Shown: piece by piece, positions 15,908 to 25,002 of the stretch
Numbering within the stretch: the stretch's first letter is position 1
Layout: every line of letters starts with the position of its first letter
Source: Candidatus Nanopelagicales bacterium
GTDB taxonomy: Bacteria; Actinomycetota; Actinomycetes; S36-B12; UBA10799
Assembly (NCBI GenBank): GCA_018003655.1
Contig: JAGNDY010000001.1
Coordinates: forward strand, 35,399-99,398
Direction of reading: 5' to 3'
DNA: 64,000 nucleotides
Notes under the pieces: generated by a model
Databases searched by the model: none
Seen by the model: only the letters and a program-made list of their open reading frames with translations
What the model was told of the DNA's origin: nothing
Program-made: the position numbers and the translations under genes

Positions 15908-17326
15908 ATGACAGTCCATCTCGATCCGCGCATGGACCGCTCCCACGCGAATGGCGAGGTGGTGCGAGCCGCACTGGAATTGGCTGGCGCCTGGCCGGAT
16001 CTGTCGACGGCCGACGTCACCTGGTTGTTGGCCGAATCGGTCTGTACCGCCGACAGGCCCTGCACCAGCACCGAATTGGCATTCTGGCTGACCGACGACA
16101 CCGGAACACCGATTGTGGCCTCCGATCGGCTGGTATGGCGCGGACCGGAACCCCAGCATCTCCAGGACGTGTTCCTGCACCTGTGTCGGCACGAAGGCGC
16201 GACGGTCAAAGTGGCCGGCAAGTTCGCGGCGACCCCGATCGCGGCCTATTCACTGGCCAACGCCGTGCGGGTCGCTCCCGTGATGTTGCGCCGGGCGAAG
16301 AGCGCCAACCCAGTTCAGTTGCTCGACGATCACGAGGTTTCCGGGATTCGGCCCCCGCCTACCGCGTCAACCGGCCGACTTCGCGCGGTGTTCAGGCGGT
16401 GGACGCGTTCGCGTGAGTGGCGAGTCGCCGTGGCGCACGACGTGAATCTCGGTGACATGTTGGACGGCAGGCTGGGTAGCCCACTGTGGTGGATAGGACC
16501 GCGATCGTGGCGCAGGTTCTGGGCCGATCCGTGTCCGGTGATCGACGCGGACGACGTGAGGTGGATCTTCGTCGAGGAGTACGACCGCCTGGCGGGTCGC
16601 GGCTGCATTGTGGCTCTGAAGGTGCGAGGCGGCCTTGTCATCGAACGGCGCGTGGTGCTTGCCGATCGCCACCACCGCGCACTTCCGCGGATACAGCACG
16701 TCGAGGGCCGGTGGTTGGCGACGACCGACAGTTGCGAGTTCCCCAGCCGCGTATACACCTTCGAGCAGCTCGGTGACCGCTGGCTTGCCGTCGAAGGCGC
16801 TGTGCTGCCTGGTTTCCTCAGCGATCCGGAGCTGATCCGCACGCCCGATGGTTGGACCGTCACGGGGACTAACTGGCTGGAAGACGACAACGCCGTGTCC
16901 GAGACCTGGGCGTCGCCGGACGGGCCGCCATTTGAGTGGACCCGCCGCGACGAGCTCGGTTACGCCGACGCAGCGATCGCGCGCAACGCCGGCACCACCG
17001 ATCCCGAACTCGGCGTGCGGGTAGCCCAGGACTCTGCGATGGAGTATGGCCGCAACATTGTGATGGGGCGGTTTCCGCGCTCAGCCGACCAACTGCCGCG
17101 CGCGGGTGCGCACGCCATGCGGGAGTACCCCGACAGGCCCGGGCGTCGCGGTGGCGCCCACACCCTGGCCTGGACCGCCGGAGCGCGCCTTGTCGCGACC
17201 GATATCTGGTGGGATCGCTTTGACCCGTTGGCCCGAGTCTGGCTGCGCCGCGACCAACGCCACCTGACCGCCTGTCGCGCTCAGACCAAAGCAGCCCACT
17301 CCACTGCGTGGGTCCTGCCGTCTTAA
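15908..17326 (+). CDS. Hypothetical protein (C-terminal region weakly reminiscent of ADPF-motif beta-propeller proteins found in capsule loci)
   Basis: A 472-aa ORF in the same direction as the upstream GT4. I recognise no family with confidence. 'FWADPCPVIDADDVRWIFVEEYD...GRGCIVAL' resembles the 'ADPF...FxE...G.I' start of GH43-like/GINT1-N-type propeller domains. Confidence 0.5.
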   Translation: MTVHLDPRMDRSHANGEVVRAALELAGAWPDLSTADVTWLLAESVCTADRPCTSTELAFWLTDDTGTPIVASDRLVWRGPEPQHLQDVFLHLCRHEGATVKVAGKFAATPIAAYSLANAVRVAPVMLRRAKSANPVQLLDDHEVSGIRPPPTASTGRLRAVFRRWTRSREWRVAVAHDVNLGDMLDGRLGSPLWWIGPRSWRRFWADPCPVIDADDVRWIFVEEYDRLAGRGCIVALKVRGGLVIERRVVLADRHHRALPRIQHVEGRWLATTDSCEFPSRVYTFEQLGDRWLAVEGAVLPGFLSDPELIRTPDGWTVTGTNWLEDDNAVSETWASPDGPPFEWTRRDELGYADAAIARNAGTTDPELGVRVAQDSAMEYGRNIVMGRFPRSADQLPRAGAHAMREYPDRPGRRGGAHTLAWTAGARLVATDIWWDRFDPLARVWLRRDQRHLTACRAQTKAAHSTAWVLPS

Positions 17327-17329
17327 CCG

Positions 17330-18823
17330 CTACCCGTTTGTCGGGAAGCCAAGATTGATTCCGCCGTGACTCGGGTCGAGCCAACGCGACGTCACGACCT
17401 TGCCGCGGGTGAAGAAGTGAACTCCCTCGGTTCCGTGGGCGTGGGTGTCGCCAAACAGTGACGACTTCCACCCACCGAAGGAGAAGTACGCCATCGGGAC
17501 GGGGATGGGCACATTGATGCCGATCATTCCGACTTGGACCTCGTTCTGGTACCTGCGGGCGGCCCCACCATCGTTGGTGAAGATCGCGGTGCCGTTGCCA
17601 TATGGATGATCATTGACCAGTTTCAGTGCATCCTCGTACGTGTCGACGCGGACGACCGATAACACCGGTCCGAAGATTTCATCGTGGTAGATCGACATGT
17701 CGGTGGTGACGTGGTCGAAAAGCGTGGGTCCGAGCCAGAAACCACCGGCGGCACCATCGGGTGCAACCTCGCGGCCATCGACCACCAGCGTCGCCCCTGC
17801 GGCGACGCCCGCATCGACGTATCCAGCAACCTTGTCTCGATGAACCGCAGAAACCAACGGGCCCATGTCGGAGTCACGTCGGCCGTCGCCGGTTCGCAGG
17901 GTCGCCATCCGGTCGCAGATCCGTCTGACCAACTCGTCCGCTACGTCACCCACGGCCACGAGTACCGAGATCGCCATGCAGCGTTCGCCCGCTGACCCGA
18001 AGCCAGCGTTCACTGCTGCGTCGGCGGCCAGATCGAGGTCGGCGTCGGGCAGCACGACCATGTGGTTCTTCGCGCCGCCAAGTGCTTGGATGCGCTTACC
18101 CGCCGCGGTTCCCGTCTCATAGACATACTTGGCGATCGCGGTTGAACCGACGAAGGACACGGACTTGATGTCCTCATGCTCCAAAATCCGATCGACGGCT
18201 TCCTTGTCGCCATGAACGACGTTGAACACACCGTCAGGCAATCCCGCCTCGGTCCACAACTGGGCTAGGAAGTTCGCCGGGGAAGGGTCCTTCTCGCTGG
18301 GCTTGAGGATGACCGCGTTGCCAGCGGCAATCGCGATTGGGAAGAACCACATGGGAACCATCGCCGGGAAGTTGAATGGCGAGATTATGCCGACCACTCC
18401 GAGTGGCTGGCGCATTGAGTAGACGTCCACTCCCGAGGAGACTCCCTCGCTGTACCCACCCTTGAGCAGGTGCGGAATCCCGCAAGCGAACTCGACGACC
18501 TCAAGTCCACGAGTGACTTCGCCGAGCGCGTCGGAGAGGACCTTGCCGTGCTCTGCTGTGATGAGCGCGGCGACCTCTTCCTTGCGCTCGTTGAGCAATT
18601 CCCGGAATGCAAACATCACCTGTGTGCGCTTGGTCAGCGAGGTGTTGCCCCAATCCTGCGCTGCTGCAGACGCTGCGGCCACCGCCTGATCAACGACGTC
18701 AACCGTGGCAAAGTCGACGGTGGCGCTGACCTCACCGGTTGCCGGGTCGAACACTTCCCCGTGGCGATCGGCGGTGCCGGCCCAGACAGAGCCGTTGATC
18801 CAGTGCGAAATTCGAGCAGTCAT
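17330..18823 (-). CDS. mmsA: CoA-acylating methylmalonate-semialdehyde dehydrogenase
   Basis: I trimmed the ORF to ATG 18823 ('MTARISHWINGS'). It has ALDH motifs 'FPAMVPMWFFPIAIAAGNAVILKPSEKDP', 'GGAKNHMVVLPDADLD' and 'GERCMA' typical of MmsA. Confidence 0.85.
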   Translation of the reverse strand: MTARISHWINGSVWAGTADRHGEVFDPATGEVSATVDFATVDVVDQAVAAASAAAQDWGNTSLTKRTQVMFAFRELLNERKEEVAALITAEHGKVLSDALGEVTRGLEVVEFACGIPHLLKGGYSEGVSSGVDVYSMRQPLGVVGIISPFNFPAMVPMWFFPIAIAAGNAVILKPSEKDPSPANFLAQLWTEAGLPDGVFNVVHGDKEAVDRILEHEDIKSVSFVGSTAIAKYVYETGTAAGKRIQALGGAKNHMVVLPDADLDLAADAAVNAGFGSAGERCMAISVLVAVGDVADELVRRICDRMATLRTGDGRRDSDMGPLVSAVHRDKVAGYVDAGVAAGATLVVDGREVAPDGAAGGFWLGPTLFDHVTTDMSIYHDEIFGPVLSVVRVDTYEDALKLVNDHPYGNGTAIFTNDGGAARRYQNEVQVGMIGINVPIPVPMAYFSFGGWKSSLFGDTHAHGTEGVHFFTRGKVVTSRWLDPSHGGINLGFPTNG

Positions 18824-18923
18824 GGCCCGATTCTGCGACCTGCGGTGGTCAGACTCAAAACCGACCCCACCATTTGGCACGGCTGCGTCCCATCCATCCG
18901 GTCGGGAAAGGCAAGATGGTCAG

Positions 18924-19721
18924 GTGCACAAATGGGGATGGCCGCTGGCCGTGGCGATTGCTGCGATCCTCGGCGCCATCGTCACGTGGATTGCAGTCAG
19001 TCCCCGAGTGGCCAGCGTCCCAGTTCCGGCGGGGGAATGGGATCAGGTCTTTGAGGACTCTTTTGACGGGCCGGAAGTCATAGGACCGAGCGGCGGGCAG
19101 TGGGGTGCGTACTCGGGCCAACCCGGCGGCAACCAGTGGGGTTTGTGGAAGCCCGCGAACGTCTCGATCGGTGGCGGACAGATGACCCTCAAGACCACTC
19201 GAGAGGGTTCAAACTGGGTCACCGGCGGAGCCGGAAACCGGACGGTGCAGATGTTCGGCCGGTGGGAAGTACGGATGCGGATGCCGAATTCGCCATCCGT
19301 CAAATTCGTGGTCCAGCTCTGGCCTGAGGGCACCTGGCCGCCGGAGATCGACTTTGCCGAGGGTGGCGGGAAGAGCAAGGTCACCGATGGCTTCAGTGCT
19401 TACATGCACTGGGGCACCCCGGCGGACCAGAAGACCGGCAGCAAGTTGCAGACCGTGAATCGCCTCACCGGCATCGATATGAACGATTGGCACGACGTTG
19501 GAGTGATGTGGCGGCCGGGGTCGCTGCAGTACACCATCGATGGCCGAGTCTGGGCCACGGTCAACGGGCCGAATGTACCGGCCGAGAACATGTGGCTGGC
19601 AATCCAGACTGAGGGCGTTGTCCCGGCGAAAGCCAGTGATCCCCAGCCCCCGAATATGGAGGTCGACAACGTCAAGATTTGGAAGTGGAAACCAGCGGCA
19701 GGCGCAACACCGAGCAAGTGA
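18924..19721 (+). CDS. Glycoside hydrolase family 16-like protein with N-terminal membrane anchor
   Basis: The catalytic ExDxxE motif 'EIDFAE' sits in 'QLWPEGTWPPEIDFAEGG', and 'FGRWEVRMRMP' fits the GH16 jelly-roll layout. The start is uncertain. The track ORF (18705) overlaps mmsA, and GTG 18924 gives 'VHKWGWPLAVAIAAILGAIVTWIAV' (signal anchor). Confidence 0.6.
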   Translation: MHKWGWPLAVAIAAILGAIVTWIAVSPRVASVPVPAGEWDQVFEDSFDGPEVIGPSGGQWGAYSGQPGGNQWGLWKPANVSIGGGQMTLKTTREGSNWVTGGAGNRTVQMFGRWEVRMRMPNSPSVKFVVQLWPEGTWPPEIDFAEGGGKSKVTDGFSAYMHWGTPADQKTGSKLQTVNRLTGIDMNDWHDVGVMWRPGSLQYTIDGRVWATVNGPNVPAENMWLAIQTEGVVPAKASDPQPPNMEVDNVKIWKWKPAAGATPSK

Positions 19722-19826
19722 GGCAGCTGTGAACGTCTCTAGCCGCGTTGTCGGATTGGGCAACTGCAGGTTCGACTCGTTACGCTGCCGTGGGCATGAA
19801 TTGAACAGTCGAAGGGAACCGAGCAC

Positions 19827-20264
19827 ATGGCCGACAAGACCAACGGCGAGATCGTCATCACTGCCAGTCCGCAGAAGGTGATGGATGTCATCGCGGATCT
19901 CGTCGTCTACCCGGAATGGGCCGACGGTGTGGAGAAGATTGAGGTTGAGGCAACATTCGAAGACGGCCGACCCAAGCTGGCTCGACTGTTCTTCTCGTCT
20001 GGACCGATCAAAGACGAATTCGTCCTGCTCTACGACTGGCACGGCACTGATTCCGTGGACTGGGAATTGACCGAAGGCAAGGTCATCAACCAAGAACAAG
20101 GCACGTACACGCTCGCGGACAACGGCGATGGCAGTGTGACCGTGACATATGACCTGGAGGTCGGCATCAATATGCCGCTACCGGGCTTCGTCAAGCGAAA
20201 GGCCGCCAAGCAAATGGTCAAGGTCGCCCTTGATGGTTTGAAGAAGCGCGTCGAGAGTCTCTAG
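19827..20264 (+). CDS. SRPBCC (cyclase/dehydrase, START-like) family protein
   Basis: A 145-aa ORF. 'ITASPQKVMDVIADLVVYPEWADGV' and the overall size are typical of the Polyketide_cyc2/SRPBCC family. Confidence 0.75.
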   Translation: MADKTNGEIVITASPQKVMDVIADLVVYPEWADGVEKIEVEATFEDGRPKLARLFFSSGPIKDEFVLLYDWHGTDSVDWELTEGKVINQEQGTYTLADNGDGSVTVTYDLEVGINMPLPGFVKRKAAKQMVKVALDGLKKRVESL

Positions 20265-20320
20265 GCACGAGCAGTTCGCTCTCTTGGTTCGTCAGTTCGC
20301 CGCTGGCACGACTTCCTGGG

Positions 20321-20626
20321 TCATGGCTTTCCGGCAGAACTGACTAGGTCGAATTCCAGCAGGCTGGCCCCGGTTGCGACCGGTCGTTGCTTATTGCTTG
20401 CGTGAGCCTCCCGCGCTGGGCCGCCGGCCCAGGCCTGATAGGCATCCTCAGATTCCCACTGGGTATAGACGAAGTAGCGGTCCTCGCCGGCCGTCGGGCG
20501 CAGCAACTCGAATCGAATGAATCCGGGGGAGTTCTCCACACTGCCCAGGCGAGCTGCGAATCGGGCTTCAAGTTCGGAACCGGCGCCCGCGGGCACCTCG
20601 ATTGCGTTGATCTTCACGATAGCCAT
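20321..20626 (-). CDS. mhuD: Haem-degrading monooxygenase (IsdG/MhuD family, ABM domain)
   Basis: A 101-aa ORF, 'MAIVKINAIEVPAGAGSELEARFA...VENSPGF..F.LLRP...RYFV.T.WES..A.QAW..GP...AH......PVATGASLLEF'. It is closely collinear with my recollection of mycobacterial MhuD. Confidence 0.7.
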   Translation of the reverse strand: MAIVKINAIEVPAGAGSELEARFAARLGSVENSPGFIRFELLRPTAGEDRYFVYTQWESEDAYQAWAGGPAREAHASNKQRPVATGASLLEFDLVSSAGKP

Positions 20627-20797
20627 GAATTCAGGCTAACTCAGGCGCCAGCAGCGTCGATGTCAGACCGAAGGTCCTCGCTGGCTGCGCCGCCGATAGC
20701 CGCAAGCAGACCGCGCCGGGCAAATGGGCGGGGAATGGTTCCCTCAGCAGTCTCGTTGGCCAATAATGAGCGCACACGACGGAGAGTGAGGCAGACA

Positions 20798-21373
20798 GTG
20801 AGCCGTAGGGAATTGTGGGATCAGGTCGACGGTGACCTGTACGCGATTCTCGGCGTAGTGCCGACGGCCACCGCAGAAGAGATTGCCCTCGCCTGGCGAA
20901 CTGCCGCGAAACGCAGCCACCCCGACCTCGGCGGTTCGATCCCTGACTTCCAGCGCATCGAGATCGCCTACCAGGTGCTCTCCAACCCGCTCGAACGCAA
21001 CAGGTATGACCGCGTGTTTGCCGCGACTGCGGCCTCGCCGAGGCAGGGTGCACCCGGTTCTGCTCCACCTGGTCACCGGGCAAACGGCCCTGGTAGTGCT
21101 CGCGCCCCCGGGTTCAGCGGGAGCTCCTGGGCCCCTCGCTCTAGCCAAAGCCCGTTTGCAAGCGGCAACTCTGTCCCCGATCCCTACGCGCTGCCGGACA
21201 CCAGTTGGAGTACCTGGCAGATTCTGCTCGCGGTGCTAGCCGGGATTGTCGGGCTCGTCGTGCTCGTGCTCGTTTTCTTTGCCTCTGCCGGAGCGGTGTT
21301 TGTGGCTATCGCCCTTGTCACCTTGGGTATCGGATCCGTACTGCGCCGAAGCCGCAGTCGAGATGGCTTCTAG
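20798..21373 (+). CDS. J-domain (DnaJ-like) protein with Pro/Ser/Gly-rich linker and C-terminal double-TM anchor
   Basis: J domain 'DLYAILGVVPTATAEEIALAWRTAAKRSHPDLGG...YQVLSNPLERNRYD' with the HPD motif. The C-terminal TM stretch is 'WQILLAVLAGIVGLVVLVLVFFASAGAVFVAIALVTLGIG'. The start is uncertain: GTG 20798 lies 13 nt after GGAG 20781-20784, and in-frame ATGs lie at 20660 and 20735. Confidence 0.6.
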   Translation: MSRRELWDQVDGDLYAILGVVPTATAEEIALAWRTAAKRSHPDLGGSIPDFQRIEIAYQVLSNPLERNRYDRVFAATAASPRQGAPGSAPPGHRANGPGSARAPGFSGSSWAPRSSQSPFASGNSVPDPYALPDTSWSTWQILLAVLAGIVGLVVLVLVFFASAGAVFVAIALVTLGIGSVLRRSRSRDGF

Positions 21374-21409
21374 CCGCCGCCAAACAGTCGTCAAACTGCC
21401 GATCGATAG

Positions 21410-22402
21410 TCAGCTAGTGGGAGTCCCGGTACCGGTGTCGCGGCTCACGCGATCCCACAGTGCCTCCGCTTGGGCCTGACCTGTGATTGTCCACGGGACC
21501 TTGCTGGTCTGGCGGACCCTTCGGTCAAGCCAGAGTTTTCCGTTGATCGCCTCGGCCTCCGCAGCGTTGGTCAGCCAGCAGATCGTGTCCGAACCCTGTT
21601 CGGGGGTTCGCAGCAGCGGACCAACGATGGAGTGGAAGCGGGGAAGTGACGAGGCCACGCCGGGGGTGTCCGCCCAACCCGGGTGCACAGCGTGGAAGAC
21701 GGCAACCCCCGGATACCTTCGGGCCCATTGCTCGGTGAGCACCACCTGTGCTCGCTTTGCTCGGGCATAGGCAACGACTCCGTCGTAGTCGTCAGCGGCC
21801 ATCTGTACCTTCTGAGCGTCGAGCCGTTCTGAGTACATGCCGCCGGAGGTCATCGTCAGCACCCGAGAGCGACCCGATTGCCGAAACGAGGGCAACAAGT
21901 CGTGGGTCATCCGGAACGGACCGAGGACGTGGCACGCGTACGTCACCTCGAAGCCGTCAGAGGTGGTTGTGTAGTCAGCCAGCAGGGCTCCCGCGTTATG
22001 GATCAAGACATCAACTGGCCCTGCTTTTCGAACGGCTGCTGATGCGGTTGCCACTTCACCGAGTTCGGACATGTCTGCGATGACCACCTGGACGTGTCCA
22101 TCACCGCGCCGAGCAAGGTCATGGGCGGTCGCTTCAGTCCGATCGGCACTGCGTCCCACGAGCACCAAGTCTGCGTTCAGCGACGCCAAGCGCTCAGCTG
22201 TTGCGCGACCGAGTCCGGAGGTCGGGCCAGTGATGACCACGCGGACTCCGGTCATGTCTGTCAGTGGGCCCCAGTGCTGGGTCTTACTCCGAGCAGCGAA
22301 TCCCACGCTCGTGAAGCTCCCGGCGACCGTCACCTCGAGAGCCTTGTCGAGCAGATTTGCGCCGACCGAGCCAACTGAACCAGTCGACGGTAGGCCGATC
22401 AT
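21410..22402 (-). CDS. Short-chain dehydrogenase/reductase (SDR) family oxidoreductase
   Basis: A 330-aa ORF with 'VVITGPTSGLGRATAERLA' (TGxxxGxG), 'IHNAG' and a 'Y..AK' catalytic region. Confidence 0.85.
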   Translation of the reverse strand: MIGLPSTGSVGSVGANLLDKALEVTVAGSFTSVGFAARSKTQHWGPLTDMTGVRVVITGPTSGLGRATAERLASLNADLVLVGRSADRTEATAHDLARRGDGHVQVVIADMSELGEVATASAAVRKAGPVDVLIHNAGALLADYTTTSDGFEVTYACHVLGPFRMTHDLLPSFRQSGRSRVLTMTSGGMYSERLDAQKVQMAADDYDGVVAYARAKRAQVVLTEQWARRYPGVAVFHAVHPGWADTPGVASSLPRFHSIVGPLLRTPEQGSDTICWLTNAAEAEAINGKLWLDRRVRQTSKVPWTITGQAQAEALWDRVSRDTGTGTPTS

Positions 22403-22842
22403 CGCGCTGCGGCGGCGCGCAATGCCCTGCGCATGCCCGCCTCTGCTCGTCGGCCGACGAGCTGGAACGTCACGTTGAGCGCCGGGTCGAGAACCTTGCG
22501 AAGACCGTTCAGTTCGAGCAGAGCGTCATACGTGACCGCCGATCCCAGCGGGGTCGGTGCCGTGCTAATCACGTCGTAGGAACGGAAGTCTCGGGTGCGG
22601 GCTTCCAACACCGCTCGATGATCAAAATCCCACTCAAGTACCTCATACTCAAGCGGGATGCGACGAGGCCCGAATGCGGTGACCACCCGGAATCGAGAAC
22701 CGACGCCCAGCTGGCCGGAGTCGAGGCGCTCAGCTGAGACTACGCCGGGGTCCCAATCGGCGATATTGCTGAAATCGGCCACGAGGGCATGAGCCGCCGA
22801 GGGACTTGCTGCTGATTCAACGGTCGTCCGAAAGTGCGCCAT
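22399..22842 (-). CDS. SRPBCC family protein
   Basis: A 147-aa ORF, 'VESAASPSAAHALVADFSNIADWDPGVV', that fits the SRPBCC ligand-binding fold pattern. It has a 4-nt overlap with the downstream SDR gene. Confidence 0.7.
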   Translation of the reverse strand: MAHFRTTVESAASPSAAHALVADFSNIADWDPGVVSAERLDSGQLGVGSRFRVVTAFGPRRIPLEYEVLEWDFDHRAVLEARTRDFRSYDVISTAPTPLGSAVTYDALLELNGLRKVLDPALNVTFQLVGRRAEAGMRRALRAAAAR

Positions 22843-22979
22843 TGAGCCACTATGGCAAGGTGCCGTGCGAGCTCCGACTCCGGTCTGTCCCCCGACGTCG
22901 TCGTCCGGATCGATCGCGACTGATGGCTGGCTTGCTCACGCTCTGCCGGTGGGGTGGCGGCGGCAGTTGGTTCCGGCAG

Positions 22980-24875
22980 TCACGGAGCCGTAATGGCGTC
23001 ACCGATCGTGGCTGCGTAGGCCCGTCCCCCCGCCATCGTCAGGTGAGTGCCATCGAAGACGAAGTACTCCCGATGGCCTGCTGACGCTGCGGCCCAGTCG
23101 GCAACCCGCACGTTGGGGAACTGCGCAGCGGCCGCCTGGATCGAGTTATTCGAGTCGGCCATCCACTTGTTCGGCATGTGGGTCGAGACCAGCACCACCC
23201 GCTGGCGGTCGGAAAGGTCACGAAGAAGGGGGAACAGGTCCTGCTTGTAGGCCGGACCGTTAGTCCCGGCGTGTATCACGACGACCGATGCGAGCTTGCC
23301 GGCGGCCTTGCGTTGGCGAATGCGCTGGTACATCTCGGTGGCCTGCCGACTCACAGCCGCGTCAAGCGTGGCCTTGGGAAGATCGCGCTCGACTGCAACC
23401 CGAGCCCCGAGCATCACTGAGTCACCGACTGCGGTGACCTTCAGAGTGTTCAGGTCAGCGCCTGGACCAACGACTTGGGATGGGTCGGCCACGTTGCTAT
23501 CAGTTGCATTTGTCGACTGTGATCCATCGGCCGTGCCGCTCTCCGTTGACGGTTGCTGCGGCGTGAGGACCTCGTCACCGACGGCGGTGGCTCCGCCGAG
23601 GTAGGTGTTGGCGTCAACGGGGGTGATCGAGCGCACGCCCATTGTCAGGCCGGCGATCAGGGTGAAGCTGGCCGCAGCGACGATCGCCACTCGACCGATC
23701 GCGAAGGGAATCCCTTCGCTGCGCCATTGCTGCCAGATGCGACCGAGCGCACCGTCGCGGACTGGCATTTCGACGTAGCGGTAGGAAAGCTCCGCCAGCA
23801 GCAATGTCAGCGACATCTGCAGGATGAACGCGGCCAGGCCGGTCCAGCCGATATCAATGCCAGGGCGCAGCACCATGAAGATCGGCCAATGCCAAAGGTA
23901 GAGGCCGTAGGATCGCTCGCCCAGGTATCGCAGTGGCTGCATACCCAGGATCTGCGACGCCGAGACGGCGGGGTGGCTGGCTACCGCGATCAGAACCGCA
24001 CAGGCGACTGAGAAGATGAGGAATCCACCTCGGAACAGCAGTGTCGACCCCTCGGCGACATTGGCGTAGGACCAGATGATTGCCGCGAGGGCGCCAGCGC
24101 CAATTGCGGTGAGGATCGCCGTCGGCGCGAGCGCAAGTCGGCGGGGTAACGCTGACGGTCGCCACACCGTGGCAAGTGCGGCGCCGGCCAGGATTCCCAT
24201 GGCGTGTGTATCGGTACCGAAGTACAGCCGGCTCGGGTCGGCCTCGCCAGGCATGTTCATCACGAAACTGAGCACCGTCATGAGCAGGGTGGAAACGATC
24301 GCGCCGATGATGGCCACGCGCCGCACACCGCCACGACCGCGCCAGCGATAGGCGAAGAACAGTACTGCCGGCCAGATGACGTAGAACTGCTCTTCGATCG
24401 CCAACGACCACAGATGCAGCAGCATGGGTGGTCGGCCGGTGGCCTCGAAATACGACTGGCCGCCGAAGATATTCGCCCAGTTGGTCACGTAGGTGAGGGC
24501 GGGAAGTACGTCTGTGCGGAAGCGTTCTGCTGCGTCGTGGGCGAACAACAGGACAAGTACTGCCGTGAATGCCAGGACGAGGAAGAGCGCTGGAAGCAGC
24601 CGCCGTGCCCGACGCAGATAGAACTGGCCGAACTTGATCCGCCCGTACTGGCGCATCTCCGTCAGCAAGATGGAGGTGATGAGGAAGCCGGAGAGGACGA
24701 AGAAGACATCGACGCCGAGGAATCCGCCGGGTAGCCAGGTGGCCGATCCGTGGAAGACGAGCACCCCGAGGACAGCGATCGCGCGGATGCCGTCGAGGGC
24801 GGGAATGTGTTTGGGGGCAGGCCACGAGGACGGGGGAGCGCTAGGCGCGCTGATCCGCGGCATCGTTTGTGTCAT
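22980..24875 (-). CDS. Acyltransferase-3 (AT3) membrane domain fused to SGNH domain (OafA/YrhL-like O-acyltransferase)
   Basis: A 631-aa ORF. The N-terminus is 'LDGIRAIAVLGVLVFH...GFLGVDVFFVLSGFLITSILL', the AT3 signature, followed by about 10 TM helices. The C-terminus is 'VTAVGDSVMLGA...VVIHAGTNG', an SGNH block. Confidence 0.85.
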   Translation of the reverse strand: MTQTMPRISAPSAPPSSWPAPKHIPALDGIRAIAVLGVLVFHGSATWLPGGFLGVDVFFVLSGFLITSILLTEMRQYGRIKFGQFYLRRARRLLPALFLVLAFTAVLVLLFAHDAAERFRTDVLPALTYVTNWANIFGGQSYFEATGRPPMLLHLWSLAIEEQFYVIWPAVLFFAYRWRGRGGVRRVAIIGAIVSTLLMTVLSFVMNMPGEADPSRLYFGTDTHAMGILAGAALATVWRPSALPRRLALAPTAILTAIGAGALAAIIWSYANVAEGSTLLFRGGFLIFSVACAVLIAVASHPAVSASQILGMQPLRYLGERSYGLYLWHWPIFMVLRPGIDIGWTGLAAFILQMSLTLLLAELSYRYVEMPVRDGALGRIWQQWRSEGIPFAIGRVAIVAAASFTLIAGLTMGVRSITPVDANTYLGGATAVGDEVLTPQQPSTESGTADGSQSTNATDSNVADPSQVVGPGADLNTLKVTAVGDSVMLGARVAVERDLPKATLDAAVSRQATEMYQRIRQRKAAGKLASVVVIHAGTNGPAYKQDLFPLLRDLSDRQRVVLVSTHMPNKWMADSNNSIQAAAAQFPNVRVADWAAASAGHREYFVFDGTHLTMAGGRAYAATIGDAITAP

Positions 24876-25002
24876 AGGACTTCCCGGCCGTTGTGCTTGT
24901 CGTCTCGACGAGCGTAGAACCCTGCGTGCCGTCGGCTGGGTATTGACAGGGCCGACTCAAGGCGGATATAGGTGCGGAGTCCGACGGTGGGCGTTGGCGC
25001 GT

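Noticed and set aside
19735-19800. 'GGTTCGACTCG' in the 19722-19826 intergenic region, which resembles a tRNA T-loop.
   Set aside because: The flanking bases do not form a T-stem (GCAGG versus CGTTA), and I could not build an acceptor or anticodon arm. It is not a tRNA.
19209-20099. A 296-aa minus-strand ORF opposite the GH16-like and SRPBCC genes.
   Set aside because: It spans an intergenic gap and is antisense to two plus-strand genes with clear family motifs (EIDFAE and the SRPBCC layout).
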